Assembly (NCBI GenBank): GCA_963742735.1
Contig: CAVUMN010000004.1
Location: forward strand, 672,001 to 736,000
Direction: 5' to 3'
Origin: an uncultured Actinomycetes bacterium
GTDB taxonomy: Bacteria > Actinomycetota > UBA4738 > JBBDTT01
DNA length: 64,000 bases
The translations under genes were made by a program, and so were the position numbers. Numbering within the stretch: position 1 is the first letter of the stretch; the number at the start of each line of letters is the position of its first letter. A model generated the notes under the pieces. The model was not told the origin of the DNA. It did not search any database and saw only the letters and a program-made list of their open reading frames with translations. Below, piece after piece: positions 27,530-36,331 of this stretch.

Positions 27530-28696
27530 GTGGATGCCACCGCCATGCTCCAGGCCGCGCAGCGCGGCTACGACCGCTTCCTCGACGACCTTCGTTCCCT
27601 GGTCGGTCTCGATTGCGGGTCGTTCACTCCCGAGGGCGTGAACCGAGTGGCCCAGTTCTGCGAGGACCGCCTGGGCGGGCTGGAGTTCGAAACGCGCCGC
27701 GTCCCGCACGTCCAGGCTCCCGGCGAGGCCGAGCTCGGGGACTGCGTCGTCGCCACCCGCGCCGGTGCCGGAGGCCCCCGCTACGTCCTGATCGGGCACA
27801 TGGACACGGTCTTCCCCGAGGGGACCGCCGCCGCCCGCCCGTTCAGAATCGAGGCAGACCGGGCGTTCGGGCCCGGGGTGTGCGACATGAAGGCGGGACT
27901 GCTCGCCGGCTTCCACGCGCTGGAGATCCTGTTCGAGTCCGGGTGGGACCGGTTCGGCGAGGTGGCGTTCGTGTGCAACCCCGACGAGGAGATCGGCTCG
28001 ACGTTCTCCGGGCCGGTCATCCGGCAGGTCGCCGAGGGGCGCGACGTCTCCTTCGTCCTGGAGTGCGCCCGAGAGACCGGCGCGATCGTCTCCGCGCGCA
28101 AGGGGACCACCGGGGGGCCCATCGAGGTGGTCGGTCGCAGCGCCCACGCCGGTGTGGAACCCGAGCGGGGCCGCAGCGCCATCCTCGCGGCGGCGCATCT
28201 CATCCGCTCCCTCCACGATCTGAACGGCCGGTGGCCGGGGGTGACCCTGAACGTGGGCGTCATCGAGGGGGGGACGCGCCCCAACGTCGTCCCGGACCGA
28301 TGCCGGATGGAGATCGACATCCGCGCGCCCGAGGCGGCGTCGTTCGACGCGGCCAAGTCCGAGGTCGAGGCGATCGTGGCCGGGGTGCCGCTCGAGTGCA
28401 CCGCGGCGATCCGCTGGTACGGCGAACACCGGCCCATGGAGCGGACGGAGGCGACCGCCCGGCTGGTGAAGGAGGCGCAGGCCGCCGCGCTCGAGCTCGG
28501 GATCGGGGACCTGCCGGAGGCGGCGACCGGTGGGGCCTCGGACGCGAACACGACGGCGGGGATGGGGATCCCCACCCTCGACGGGCTTGGGCCGGTCGGC
28601 GGTGCCCCCCACTCCGACGACGAGTGGCTGGACCTCTCGAGCGTCGTCCCCAGGGTCGCGCTGCTCGCGCGTCTGATCGAGCGCGTGGGCGGGTAG
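27530..28696 (+). CDS. M20 family metallopeptidase (glutamate carboxypeptidase-like)
   Basis: GHMDTVF, GPGVCDMKAG, PDEEIGS, VLEC, GRSAHAG, NVVPD, GGASDAN, GLGPVGG.PH. Confidence 0.92.
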   Translation: MDATAMLQAAQRGYDRFLDDLRSLVGLDCGSFTPEGVNRVAQFCEDRLGGLEFETRRVPHVQAPGEAELGDCVVATRAGAGGPRYVLIGHMDTVFPEGTAAARPFRIEADRAFGPGVCDMKAGLLAGFHALEILFESGWDRFGEVAFVCNPDEEIGSTFSGPVIRQVAEGRDVSFVLECARETGAIVSARKGTTGGPIEVVGRSAHAGVEPERGRSAILAAAHLIRSLHDLNGRWPGVTLNVGVIEGGTRPNVVPDRCRMEIDIRAPEAASFDAAKSEVEAIVAGVPLECTAAIRWYGEHRPMERTEATARLVKEAQAAALELGIGDLPEAATGGASDANTTAGMGIPTLDGLGPVGGAPHSDDEWLDLSSVVPRVALLARLIERVGG

Positions 28697-28705
28697 GCGA
28701 TCGCC

Positions 28706-29566
28706 GTGACCACCGTGGAGGAGCTCCTGGAGGAGGGCGCCCGCCGGATCGCCGCCTCACCGCACATCGATCACTGGCAGGAAGACGCCGACGTCTACGA
28801 CGCGGAGTCGTTCCTGCAGGAGGTGATCGGCGACCTCGATCCGGCCGCCGAGGTCCGCACGCGCGACGAACGACGGTTCCTGGAGATGATCGATCGCCGC
28901 GCGGCCGGGGAGCCGTCGTCGCGGATCCTCGGGTTCGTCGATTTCCTCGACATCCGGATCCCCGTCCACGAGGGCGCGTTCTACCCGCGGATCTCCAGCG
29001 AGACGATGGCCACCGAGGCCGGCAGGCGGCTCCGGAGGCGGAAGCAGCCGGTGCTGGTCGACCTCGCGACGGGCGTGGGCACCGTGGCCCTGGCCGTGGG
29101 CAGCGGCGTCAAGGGCGCGCGGGTCTACGGGGTGGACGTCCTCCCCGAGGCCGTCCGGGGAGCCACGTCGAACGCCAGGGGCCTGGGGTTGAAGCGGGCC
29201 ACGTTCCTGGAGGGCGACCTGTTCGAGCCCCTCCCGGACGACCTCCGGGGAACGGTCGACGCGATCACGATCCATCCGCCCTACGTGGGGGTGGACGAGG
29301 TGCGCGACCAGCCGAAGGAGATCGTCGACTACGAGCCGGTGGTCACGCTCACCGACGGCTCACCGGACGGGCTCGGCATGGTCCGCCGGGTCGCCGCCGA
29401 GTCCGTGGACTGGCTGCGCGCCTCCGGATGGCTCCTTATCGAGGTTGGCTCGGACATGGGCAGGAAGGTGGCCGCGATCCTCCGCAAGGCCGGCTACCGC
29501 GACATCACCACTGTCCCCGACGAGTACGGCGTCACCCGCACCGTCTGCGCCCGCCGCCCCCGCTGA
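28706..29566 (+). CDS. HemK/PrmC-family methyltransferase, atypical paralog
   Basis: RRAAGEP..RILG, FYPRISSE, SAM motif DLATGVG, GDLF, HPPY in place of NPPY, EP..L.G..DGL, IEVG. Confidence 0.8.
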   Translation: MTTVEELLEEGARRIAASPHIDHWQEDADVYDAESFLQEVIGDLDPAAEVRTRDERRFLEMIDRRAAGEPSSRILGFVDFLDIRIPVHEGAFYPRISSETMATEAGRRLRRRKQPVLVDLATGVGTVALAVGSGVKGARVYGVDVLPEAVRGATSNARGLGLKRATFLEGDLFEPLPDDLRGTVDAITIHPPYVGVDEVRDQPKEIVDYEPVVTLTDGSPDGLGMVRRVAAESVDWLRASGWLLIEVGSDMGRKVAAILRKAGYRDITTVPDEYGVTRTVCARRPR

Positions 29567-29573
29567 CCGCGGC

Positions 29574-30854
29574 TCAGGCGGTCGCCAGCTCGTCGTCGCC
29601 GGCGTGGTAGCGGGCCAGCGCCGGGGCGAGGAAGACCATGAGGCCGACGCCCGCGATGCAGGCCAGGCCGCCCGAGACGACCGAGAACACGGGCGAGACG
29701 AGCTGGGCCACCGCGCCGGCCTCGAAGTCCCCCAGCCGTGGACCACCGGTGACCACGAGCGTGTTGATGGCGGTCAGCCGGCCCCGGAGACGGTCGGGGA
29801 CGGACAGGACCAGGATGGTGCTCCGGAAGACCGCGCTGATCACGTCCGCCGCACCCGCCACGGCCAGCCAGACGAGCGCCAGCCAGAACCACCCCGGGGC
29901 CCAGGCTGCCACGGCCCCGAACGCGGCGATCGCCAGCCCCCAGAGCGCCACGGCCCACATCACGGCGCGCCCCTGGTGGCGGACGCGCTTGACCCAGCCG
30001 GACGCCGCCGCCCCGAGCACCGCCCCAGCGGCCGGCGCGGCGAACAGCAGCCCGGCGCCCGAGGGCCCCACGTGGAAGACCTCCGCCGCGAGCACCGGGA
30101 ACAGGGCGCGGGGCATCCCGAAGATCATGGCGATGAGGTCGATCCAGAACGTCGCCTGGATCGCCCGCCGTCCCTTCAGGTACGCGAAGCCCTCGCGGAT
30201 CGCGGCCAGCCCGGTCGCGTGCTCCTCGCCCGCCTTCAGCTCCGGAGGCAGGGGCGGCAGGAGGAGGGTGGCCACGATCGCGGCGGTGAACGAGATGACG
30301 TCGATGCCGTACGCCCAGCCCAGGCCGAGGCGGGCGATCAGCAGGCCGCCGATGGCGGGGCCGACCAGGCTCGTTCCGTTGTACATGATCTGCCCCAGCG
30401 TCAGCGCGGAGGGGATGAGCTCCTCGCCGACCAGCCGGGGGGTGGTGGCCACCCGAGCGGGCAGCTCGATGCCGACCAGGCCCGCGATGAGCGCGGCGAC
30501 GACATACACAACGGCCACCGACGGGTTCGGGAGGAGCGCGTTGAGCAGGAGTACCGCGCTGAGCGCGGCGAAGCAGATCTCGCAGACCAGGATGATCTTC
30601 TTCCGGTCGAGGCGGTCGACGATCGCCCCGGCTCCGACCGACGCCACGACCAGCGCGACCAGCTGGAACAGGCCCACGAGCCCCACCGCCGCGGCCGATC
30701 CGGTCAGATCGTAGATCTGCACGAAGAGCGCGACGACGGTGATCTGGGAGCCCGTGTGGGAGACGAGCTGGCCGAACCACACCCGGCGGTAGGCCTTCGA
30801 AACCCTCAGGGGACTGAGGTCGATGGCCAGTCCGCGGAGGCGCGAGGAGGACAT
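29574..30854 (-). CDS. MFS transporter (EntS-like)
   Basis: From ATG 30854: DLSPLR, motif A GAIVDRLDRK, AMIFGMPRALFP, PDRLRGR, GGPRLGD; TACCCT 6 nt upstream. Confidence 0.9.
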   Translation of the reverse strand: MSSSRLRGLAIDLSPLRVSKAYRRVWFGQLVSHTGSQITVVALFVQIYDLTGSAAAVGLVGLFQLVALVVASVGAGAIVDRLDRKKIILVCEICFAALSAVLLLNALLPNPSVAVVYVVAALIAGLVGIELPARVATTPRLVGEELIPSALTLGQIMYNGTSLVGPAIGGLLIARLGLGWAYGIDVISFTAAIVATLLLPPLPPELKAGEEHATGLAAIREGFAYLKGRRAIQATFWIDLIAMIFGMPRALFPVLAAEVFHVGPSGAGLLFAAPAAGAVLGAAASGWVKRVRHQGRAVMWAVALWGLAIAAFGAVAAWAPGWFWLALVWLAVAGAADVISAVFRSTILVLSVPDRLRGRLTAINTLVVTGGPRLGDFEAGAVAQLVSPVFSVVSGGLACIAGVGLMVFLAPALARYHAGDDELATA

Positions 30855-30960
30855 CAGCCGAGGGTAGCAGCGGCTCCCGAAGCGGCCGATCGGGCGGAAC
30901 GTTCCGCGCGGCCGGCGCGTCTTCATCTACGCCTTGACACGGAGGATTAGAGTGCCCGAG

Positions 30961-32583
30961 ATGCGTGCCCCTTCCCCTTCGTCGTTCCTCGTCTCGGCGG
31001 CGCTCCTGTTGGCCCTGATCGCCGGCGTCTCCCATCCGGCGGCGGCGGCCGACCCCCTCGTCGTGGAGATCGTCCAGCCCGAGGACGGCACGACCGTCTC
31101 GGGGAGCGTGGCGGTGAGCGCCACCACCGGCGGGCCCGCGGCCACGAGCGTCGCCTTCGACTGGTCCGACGACGACGGCGCGACGTGGACGCCGATCTCG
31201 ACCGACTCGAACGGCGTGAACGGCTGGTCCGCGACGTGGAACCCCGGGAGCTACGTGGGCGGCGCGCGCCTGCGGGCGACGGCCACGGATGGGGCCTCCA
31301 CCGCGGAGGACACGGTGAACGTGACCGTCGAGGAGGTCCCCCTGGACCTCAGCCTGACGGCGCTCCCGAACCCGTTCAGCCCCAACAACAACGGCATGAA
31401 GGACACCACGACGTTCACCGCGGTGGCGAGCGATCCGGCCACGATCTCGTTCAAGCTGCTCGACGATGGCGGCGCCGAGATGCGGACCTTCCCGGGCCTC
31501 CTCGCCGCCTCGGGGACGCGGACGTTGGTGTTCGGCGGCAACGCGGAGGGGGGCGGGATCCTTCCGGCCGGCTCGTACACGGTCGAGGCCGCGGCCGTTA
31601 CCGCCGCCGGCGGGTCGGCCACCGCGACCGCCCCGCTTCGCATCGACGTCGGGTTCCCCGACGCCTCCTGGGAGTCGATCTCTCCCGAGCCGATCTCGAC
31701 GCAGTCCTCGATGTCGTTCACCTACTTCGGCTGGGATCGGGCGGAGCAGCTGAACATCGAGCTGCACCTGTACGACCGCGTCGGCGAGGTCGGCCAGCCC
31801 CTGCTGGGGCTCGTGCGGGAGCGGGGGACGCGCACGCTGAGCTGGTCGCCCCGGTACCGGGGGGGAGAGCTGCTGTTCCCCGGCCGGTACCGCGCCCGCG
31901 TCCGGGTGGAGGACGACGCCGGGAACGTCACCTGGACTGGGTACAGGGCGTGGCGCGTGCACCGGGCCGTCAGCGCGAAGGTGTTCAAGCGCCTCAACGG
32001 CGCGGGGAACCGCGTCGCCCTGACCTTCGACGACTGCTACTCCTGGGCCGGCTGGGACGGGCTGCTGGACGTCCTGGGCAGCCGGGGAGTGAAGGCGACC
32101 TTCTTCTGTTCGGGCAACTACATCGACGACTTCTCGAAGACCGCACAGCGGACCCGGGACCAGGGACACACCATCGGGTCGCACGGGTGGGATCACGCCT
32201 CCATGCCCGGGCGCACGCTCGCCGACCAGGAGCAGCGACTGCGCAACGACCAGAACACTTGGTGGACCCACGCGCAGGAGACGACCGCCCCCTACTTCCG
32301 CCCGCCGTACGGCTCCTACGACTCGACGACGCTCAAGGCGGCCACCAACACGGGCCATCCGCGAGTGATCCTGTGGGACGTGGACCCGCAGGACTTCTCC
32401 ACCTCGAGCTCGTCGCTGATCGCCTCGCGCGTGCTGTCGGCCGTCCGGGCGGGGAGCATCGTCGTGATGCACGCCCTGCCCCAGACGGCGGCCGCGCTCC
32501 CCGCGATCCTCGACGGCCTCAGGAACAAGGGGCTCACGCCGGTCTCGCTGGCGACCCTGTTCCGCGAGGCCGGATTCCACTGA
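30961..32583 (+). CDS. Secreted polysaccharide deacetylase (CE4) with Ig-like/FlgD-Ig-like domains
   Basis: Signal peptide; Ig-like N-region, PNPFSPNNNG.KD; NodB motifs LTFDD, HGWDH, FRPPYG, WDVDPQD, VMH; TAGAGT 7 nt before the ATG. Confidence 0.88.
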   Translation: MRAPSPSSFLVSAALLLALIAGVSHPAAAADPLVVEIVQPEDGTTVSGSVAVSATTGGPAATSVAFDWSDDDGATWTPISTDSNGVNGWSATWNPGSYVGGARLRATATDGASTAEDTVNVTVEEVPLDLSLTALPNPFSPNNNGMKDTTTFTAVASDPATISFKLLDDGGAEMRTFPGLLAASGTRTLVFGGNAEGGGILPAGSYTVEAAAVTAAGGSATATAPLRIDVGFPDASWESISPEPISTQSSMSFTYFGWDRAEQLNIELHLYDRVGEVGQPLLGLVRERGTRTLSWSPRYRGGELLFPGRYRARVRVEDDAGNVTWTGYRAWRVHRAVSAKVFKRLNGAGNRVALTFDDCYSWAGWDGLLDVLGSRGVKATFFCSGNYIDDFSKTAQRTRDQGHTIGSHGWDHASMPGRTLADQEQRLRNDQNTWWTHAQETTAPYFRPPYGSYDSTTLKAATNTGHPRVILWDVDPQDFSTSSSSLIASRVLSAVRAGSIVVMHALPQTAAALPAILDGLRNKGLTPVSLATLFREAGFH

Positions 32584-32602
32584 GTCCCGCTACCATCGAG
32601 CC

Positions 32603-32935
32603 GTGAACGAGGACCTGACCGAGGCCCGCTCGGTCTACGACCGGCGCGACGAGATCCAGATCCTTGACGTCCGGGAGCTCTACGAGTGGGTCGCCGGACA
32701 CGTCGACGGGTCGGTGCACCTTCCCCTCAACGCCGTCCTCAACGGCAAGGAGGACCTCGACCCGGCGAAGCCCGTGGCCGTGGTGTGCACCGTCGGCAGC
32801 CGGAGCGAGGTCGGCGCGCTCATGCTTCGGGCCCGAGGCTTCGACGCCCACAACGTCGACGGGGGTCTGCACTCCTGGGTGGCCGAGGGCCTTCCCCTCG
32901 TCGCCGACGACGGGTCGCCGGGCCGGGTCGCCTAG
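32603..32935 (+). CDS. Single-domain rhodanese
   Basis: LDVRELYEW..GHV.G, active loop CTVGSRS, GG..SW; TACCAT 6 nt before the GTG. Confidence 0.9.
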   Translation: MNEDLTEARSVYDRRDEIQILDVRELYEWVAGHVDGSVHLPLNAVLNGKEDLDPAKPVAVVCTVGSRSEVGALMLRARGFDAHNVDGGLHSWVAEGLPLVADDGSPGRVA

Positions 32936-33453
32936 AACTCCAGCGAGCAGTTCTCGCAGGCGAACCGTCCACTCGCCTCGCGCTTGCTGTGGCCGCCGCA
33001 CCGGTGGCAGCGCCGGCAGCTCCCTCCGTAGGCGCACTCGATGGAGTCCGTGGTGGTCCCCGGCTCGTCCCAGGTGGTGGCGCCTTCGGCCGGTCGCGGC
33101 AGCTGGATCGAGAGCATGTGCAGGCCGTCGGGTCCCGCCACGAACCCGTGCGGGTGGGCGGCGCCGCGTCCGACCACCGACCCGGGGTGCAGGGGCACGG
33201 GGGTCGCGCTGAACAGCGCCCGGCCTCCGCCCGCGACGACGACCACCCACTCCTCCGAGTCGGGATGCGTGTGCGCGAAGGCGACCTGACCCGCGGCGAA
33301 GCCCTGAAGCGAGATGTAGTAGCCGTCGCCGGCGGTGATCGGGACCCGGCGGAACCCCGAGGGACACGTCCCGATCAGGTCCTCGGGGTGGGTGTGGAAC
33401 ACGCCCAGGTTGTTCAGGACCTCGTCCAGGTGGCCCACCGCGCGGTCGCTCAC
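32932..33453 (-). CDS. Cupin domain protein with Cys-rich C-terminus
   Basis: HTHPDSEEW and HPHGF cupin motifs; C-terminal CAYGGSCRRCHRC...CENC; start uncertain (33453 or 33489). Confidence 0.7.
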   Translation of the reverse strand: MSDRAVGHLDEVLNNLGVFHTHPEDLIGTCPSGFRRVPITAGDGYYISLQGFAAGQVAFAHTHPDSEEWVVVVAGGGRALFSATPVPLHPGSVVGRGAAHPHGFVAGPDGLHMLSIQLPRPAEGATTWDEPGTTTDSIECAYGGSCRRCHRCGGHSKREASGRFACENCSLEF

Positions 33454-33512
33454 GGCCGCATCGAACACGCACTCGGCCCGCCTGCGCAACCGCGGGTAGA
33501 GTCGGCGATCGC

Positions 33513-34226
33513 ATGACCGGGACCTTCATCAACGTCGCGACCGTGCTCGTGGGCACGGCCCTGGGGTCGTTCCTGGGCGACCGGCTCCCGGCCCGGATCC
33601 GCGAGACGGTCCTGCACTCCCTGGGGCTGGTCACGCTGGTGGTCGGCCTGGGGCAGGCACTCGAGTTGTTCCAGCCCCCGCTGTCGAAGTACCGGGCGAG
33701 CGTCGTGGTGATCCTCGGCGCCATCCTGGTCGGCGGGCTGATCGGCGAGGCGCTGCGGATCGAGTCGGCGCTGAACCGCGCGGGCGAGGCGCTCAAACGC
33801 CGGTTCGGCAAGGGGCAGGCCCGGTTCGTCGAGGGGTTCGTCGTGGCGTCGCTCGTGTTCTGCGTCGGTCCCCTCACCGTCCTGGGCTCGGTCCAGGACG
33901 GCCTGTCCGGCGACTACGACCTGCTGGCGATCAAGTCCCTTCTCGACGGGTTCGCGGCCATGGCGTTCGCGTCCGCCCTCGGATGGGGCGTCGGCTTCTC
34001 GGTGATCACGATCCTGGTCTACCAGGGCGGGTTGTCGCTGGGCGCGGCGGCGGTGCAGTCCGCGTTCACCCCGATCACCATCGCCGCCCTGACCGCGGCG
34101 GGCGGCATCCTGATCCTGGGGATCGGGCTGCGCCTGCTGGAGCTCAAGGAGATCCGCATCGCGAACCTGCTCCCGGCCCTGATCCTGGCGCCGGTCGCGA
34201 TGGCGTTGGTCGAGCGCTTCGCCTAG
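33513..34226 (+). CDS. DUF554 family membrane protein
   Basis: MTGTFINV..V..G..LG, FVEGFV.ASLVFCVGP, KSLLDG, YQG, IRIANLLP. Confidence 0.92.
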   Translation: MTGTFINVATVLVGTALGSFLGDRLPARIRETVLHSLGLVTLVVGLGQALELFQPPLSKYRASVVVILGAILVGGLIGEALRIESALNRAGEALKRRFGKGQARFVEGFVVASLVFCVGPLTVLGSVQDGLSGDYDLLAIKSLLDGFAAMAFASALGWGVGFSVITILVYQGGLSLGAAAVQSAFTPITIAALTAAGGILILGIGLRLLELKEIRIANLLPALILAPVAMALVERFA

Positions 34227-35276
34227 GCGGCCCGCGCCTCGCGCCGGCCGTTCGCCTCCGAGGTGTTTTCCAGGAGCCGGATCACGGCGGCCTCGATCGG
34301 GCCCTGTGTCGCGAGCGCGCCCGGCTCGGCGCCCTCGCCCAGGCGGTCGAGTGCTGGTTTGATCGTGGAGCCGCCCAGGTAGGCGTCGATCACCCGCGGG
34401 TCCAGGTAGGAGGCGCGGCACACGGCCGGCGTGTTGCCCAGGTACTGCGCGACCTCCTTGACCGCCCGGGCGACGGCGCGCTTACGGGCCGTGACGCTCC
34501 TCGCCTCGGTCGAGACCGCCAGCGCCACCGCGGCCAGGACCGTCGCGGACCACGTCCGGAAGTCCTTCGCGGTGAACTCGCCGCCGGTGAGCTCCCCGAT
34601 GAACGCGTTGATGTCGCCGGAGCGCACGTCGACCCACTCTCGCCCCTTCCGATAGGCGAGCAGCTCGGCGTGGCCGTCCGTCCGCCGCTTCAGCGAGCGA
34701 ACCACCGCGGCGACCTGCGGGTCCACCAACGACTGGACCCGCCGCTTCTGGCCCTTCGACACGTAGTCGAACGTCACGACGTCGCCGGCGACGTGCGCGT
34801 GGCGCCGGCGCATGGTGGCCAGTCCGTACGTCTGGTTCTCCTCGGCGTAGCCCTCGGTCCCGATCCGGAAGAAGCCCAGGTCGAGCAGCCGGGTCGCGCA
34901 GGCGAGCACCCGTTCGCGAGTCAGGCCCCGCCTCTCCAGGTGCACGCCGCACGCCGCGCGGAGGGAGGGAATGACGCGCGCGAACTCGAGCATGTGGTCG
35001 AACTTCTCGGCGTCGCGCCGGATCCGCCAGGCGTCATGGTACCGGTACTGCCGGCGGCCCCGGGCGTCGAGCCCGGTGGCCTGGATGTGGCCGTTCGGGA
35101 CCGGGCAGATCCAGACGTCCTCCCAGGCGGGAGGGATGGCCAGGTCCCGGATGCGGCCGAGGGTCGCGCGCATCGCGCACCCGCCGTCCCCTCGGATCCA
35201 GGTAGGTGAACCCGCGGCCGCGGCGGCCGCGCGAGATCCCCGGGCCGGAGCAGTCAACGCGCCGAAGTCTTGGCAT
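34223..35276 (-). CDS. DNA topoisomerase IB (bacterial/poxvirus-like), one +1 frameshift near 35170
   Basis: N-terminus [23 protein letters not shown] in one frame, then [56 protein letters not shown] in the next. Confidence 0.9.
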
Positions 35277-35287
35277 GGCGACCGGTT

Positions 35288-35313
35288 GTTCCCGTGGGGC
35301 GTGCCGCGGAAAC
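35288..35313 (-). promoter_or_regulatory. SigF/SigB-like promoter of topo IB
   Basis: GTTT-N16-GGGAAC, 11 nt before the ATG. Confidence 0.6.
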
Positions 35314-35334
35314 GAGCGTGTATCGTCCGCCGGC

Positions 35335-36331
35335 ATGACGCGCGTGCTCTCCGGCATCAAGCCGACCGGCGAGGTCCACCTCGGCAACTACGTCGGCGCC
35401 CTGCGCCAGTGGGCCGCCGACCAGGACGAGCACGACTGCTTCTACTCGATCGTCGACCTGCACGCGATCACCGTGCCGCAGGACCCGGTGGAGCTGCGCG
35501 AGTCGACGCGCCGCCTGGCCGCGATCCTGCTCTCGGTCGGGCATCGACCCCGACCGCTCCACCCTGTTCGTCCAGTCCCACGTCCACGAGCACGCCGAGC
35601 TGGCGTGGGTCCTGGGCTGCTTCACGGGCTTCGGAGAGCTGCGCCGCATGACCCAGTTCAAGGACAAGGCCGGGAAGCAGCAGGAGGAGCAGCTCACCGC
35701 CGGGCTGTACACGTACCCGGTCCTGCAGGCCGCCGACATCCTGCTGTACCGGGCGGACCGGGTGCCCATCGGCGAGGACCAGCGCCAGCATCTGGAGCTG
35801 ACCCGCGACATCGCGACGCGGTTCAACAACCGGCTCGGAGAGACGTTCGTGATCCCCGAGGCCGCGATCCCGAAGGTCGGGGGGCGGGTCATGGACCTGC
35901 AGAACCCCTCGGCCAAGATGTCGAAGTCCGAGGAGTCCCCCCAGGGGACGATCGACGTGACCGACTCCCCGGAGGCGATCCTGAAGAAGGTCAAGACCGC
36001 GGTCACCGACTCCGGCCGCGACGTCGTCGCGTCCGAGGACAAGCCTGCCGTCACCAACCTCCTCGGGCTGCTCTCGGTGGCCACCGGCCGCCCGGTACCC
36101 GACCTCGAGGCGGACTACGTGGGGAAGGGCTACGCGGACCTGAAGCGCGATCTGGGAGAGGCGCTGGTGGTCATGCTCTCCCCGATCCGGGAGCGGTTCG
36201 AGTCGCTCATGGCCAACCCTGCCGAGCTCGAGCGGCTGCTCGAGGTGGGGGCGAGCAAGGCTCAGGCGGTCGCTCGGGAGACGCTGGCGACGGTCTACGA
36301 GCGCGTCGGGTTCTTGCCCCGCCGGGGCTGA
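35335..36331 (+). CDS. trpS: Tryptophan--tRNA ligase, one +1 frameshift at 35539-35541
   Basis: SGIKPTG..HLGNY, VDLHAIT; removing one G from gtcGGGcatc restores GIDP..STLFVQS; then [31 protein letters not shown]; TATCGT 8 nt before the ATG. Confidence 0.95.

Noticed and set aside
25607-28696. Apparent 1029-aa M20 fusion and 942-aa Mur-ligase ORF overlapping each other
   Set aside because: Each N-terminal extension is the antisense of the other gene; starts at 27530 and 27505 are supported by -10 boxes and by where the motifs begin
30934-30939. Perfect TTGACA as a -35 element
   Set aside because: Only 8 nt from TAGAGT, incompatible with a spacer of about 17 nt
34223-35276. Topo IB as a phage integrase or mobile-element marker
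   Set aside because: Motifs are those of bacterial topo IB; no att sites, phage genes or evident composition shift
35335-36331. Programmed frameshift or attenuation in trpS
   Set aside because: No slippery heptamer or Trp-codon leader; a single extra G explains it, and similar insertions occur nearby
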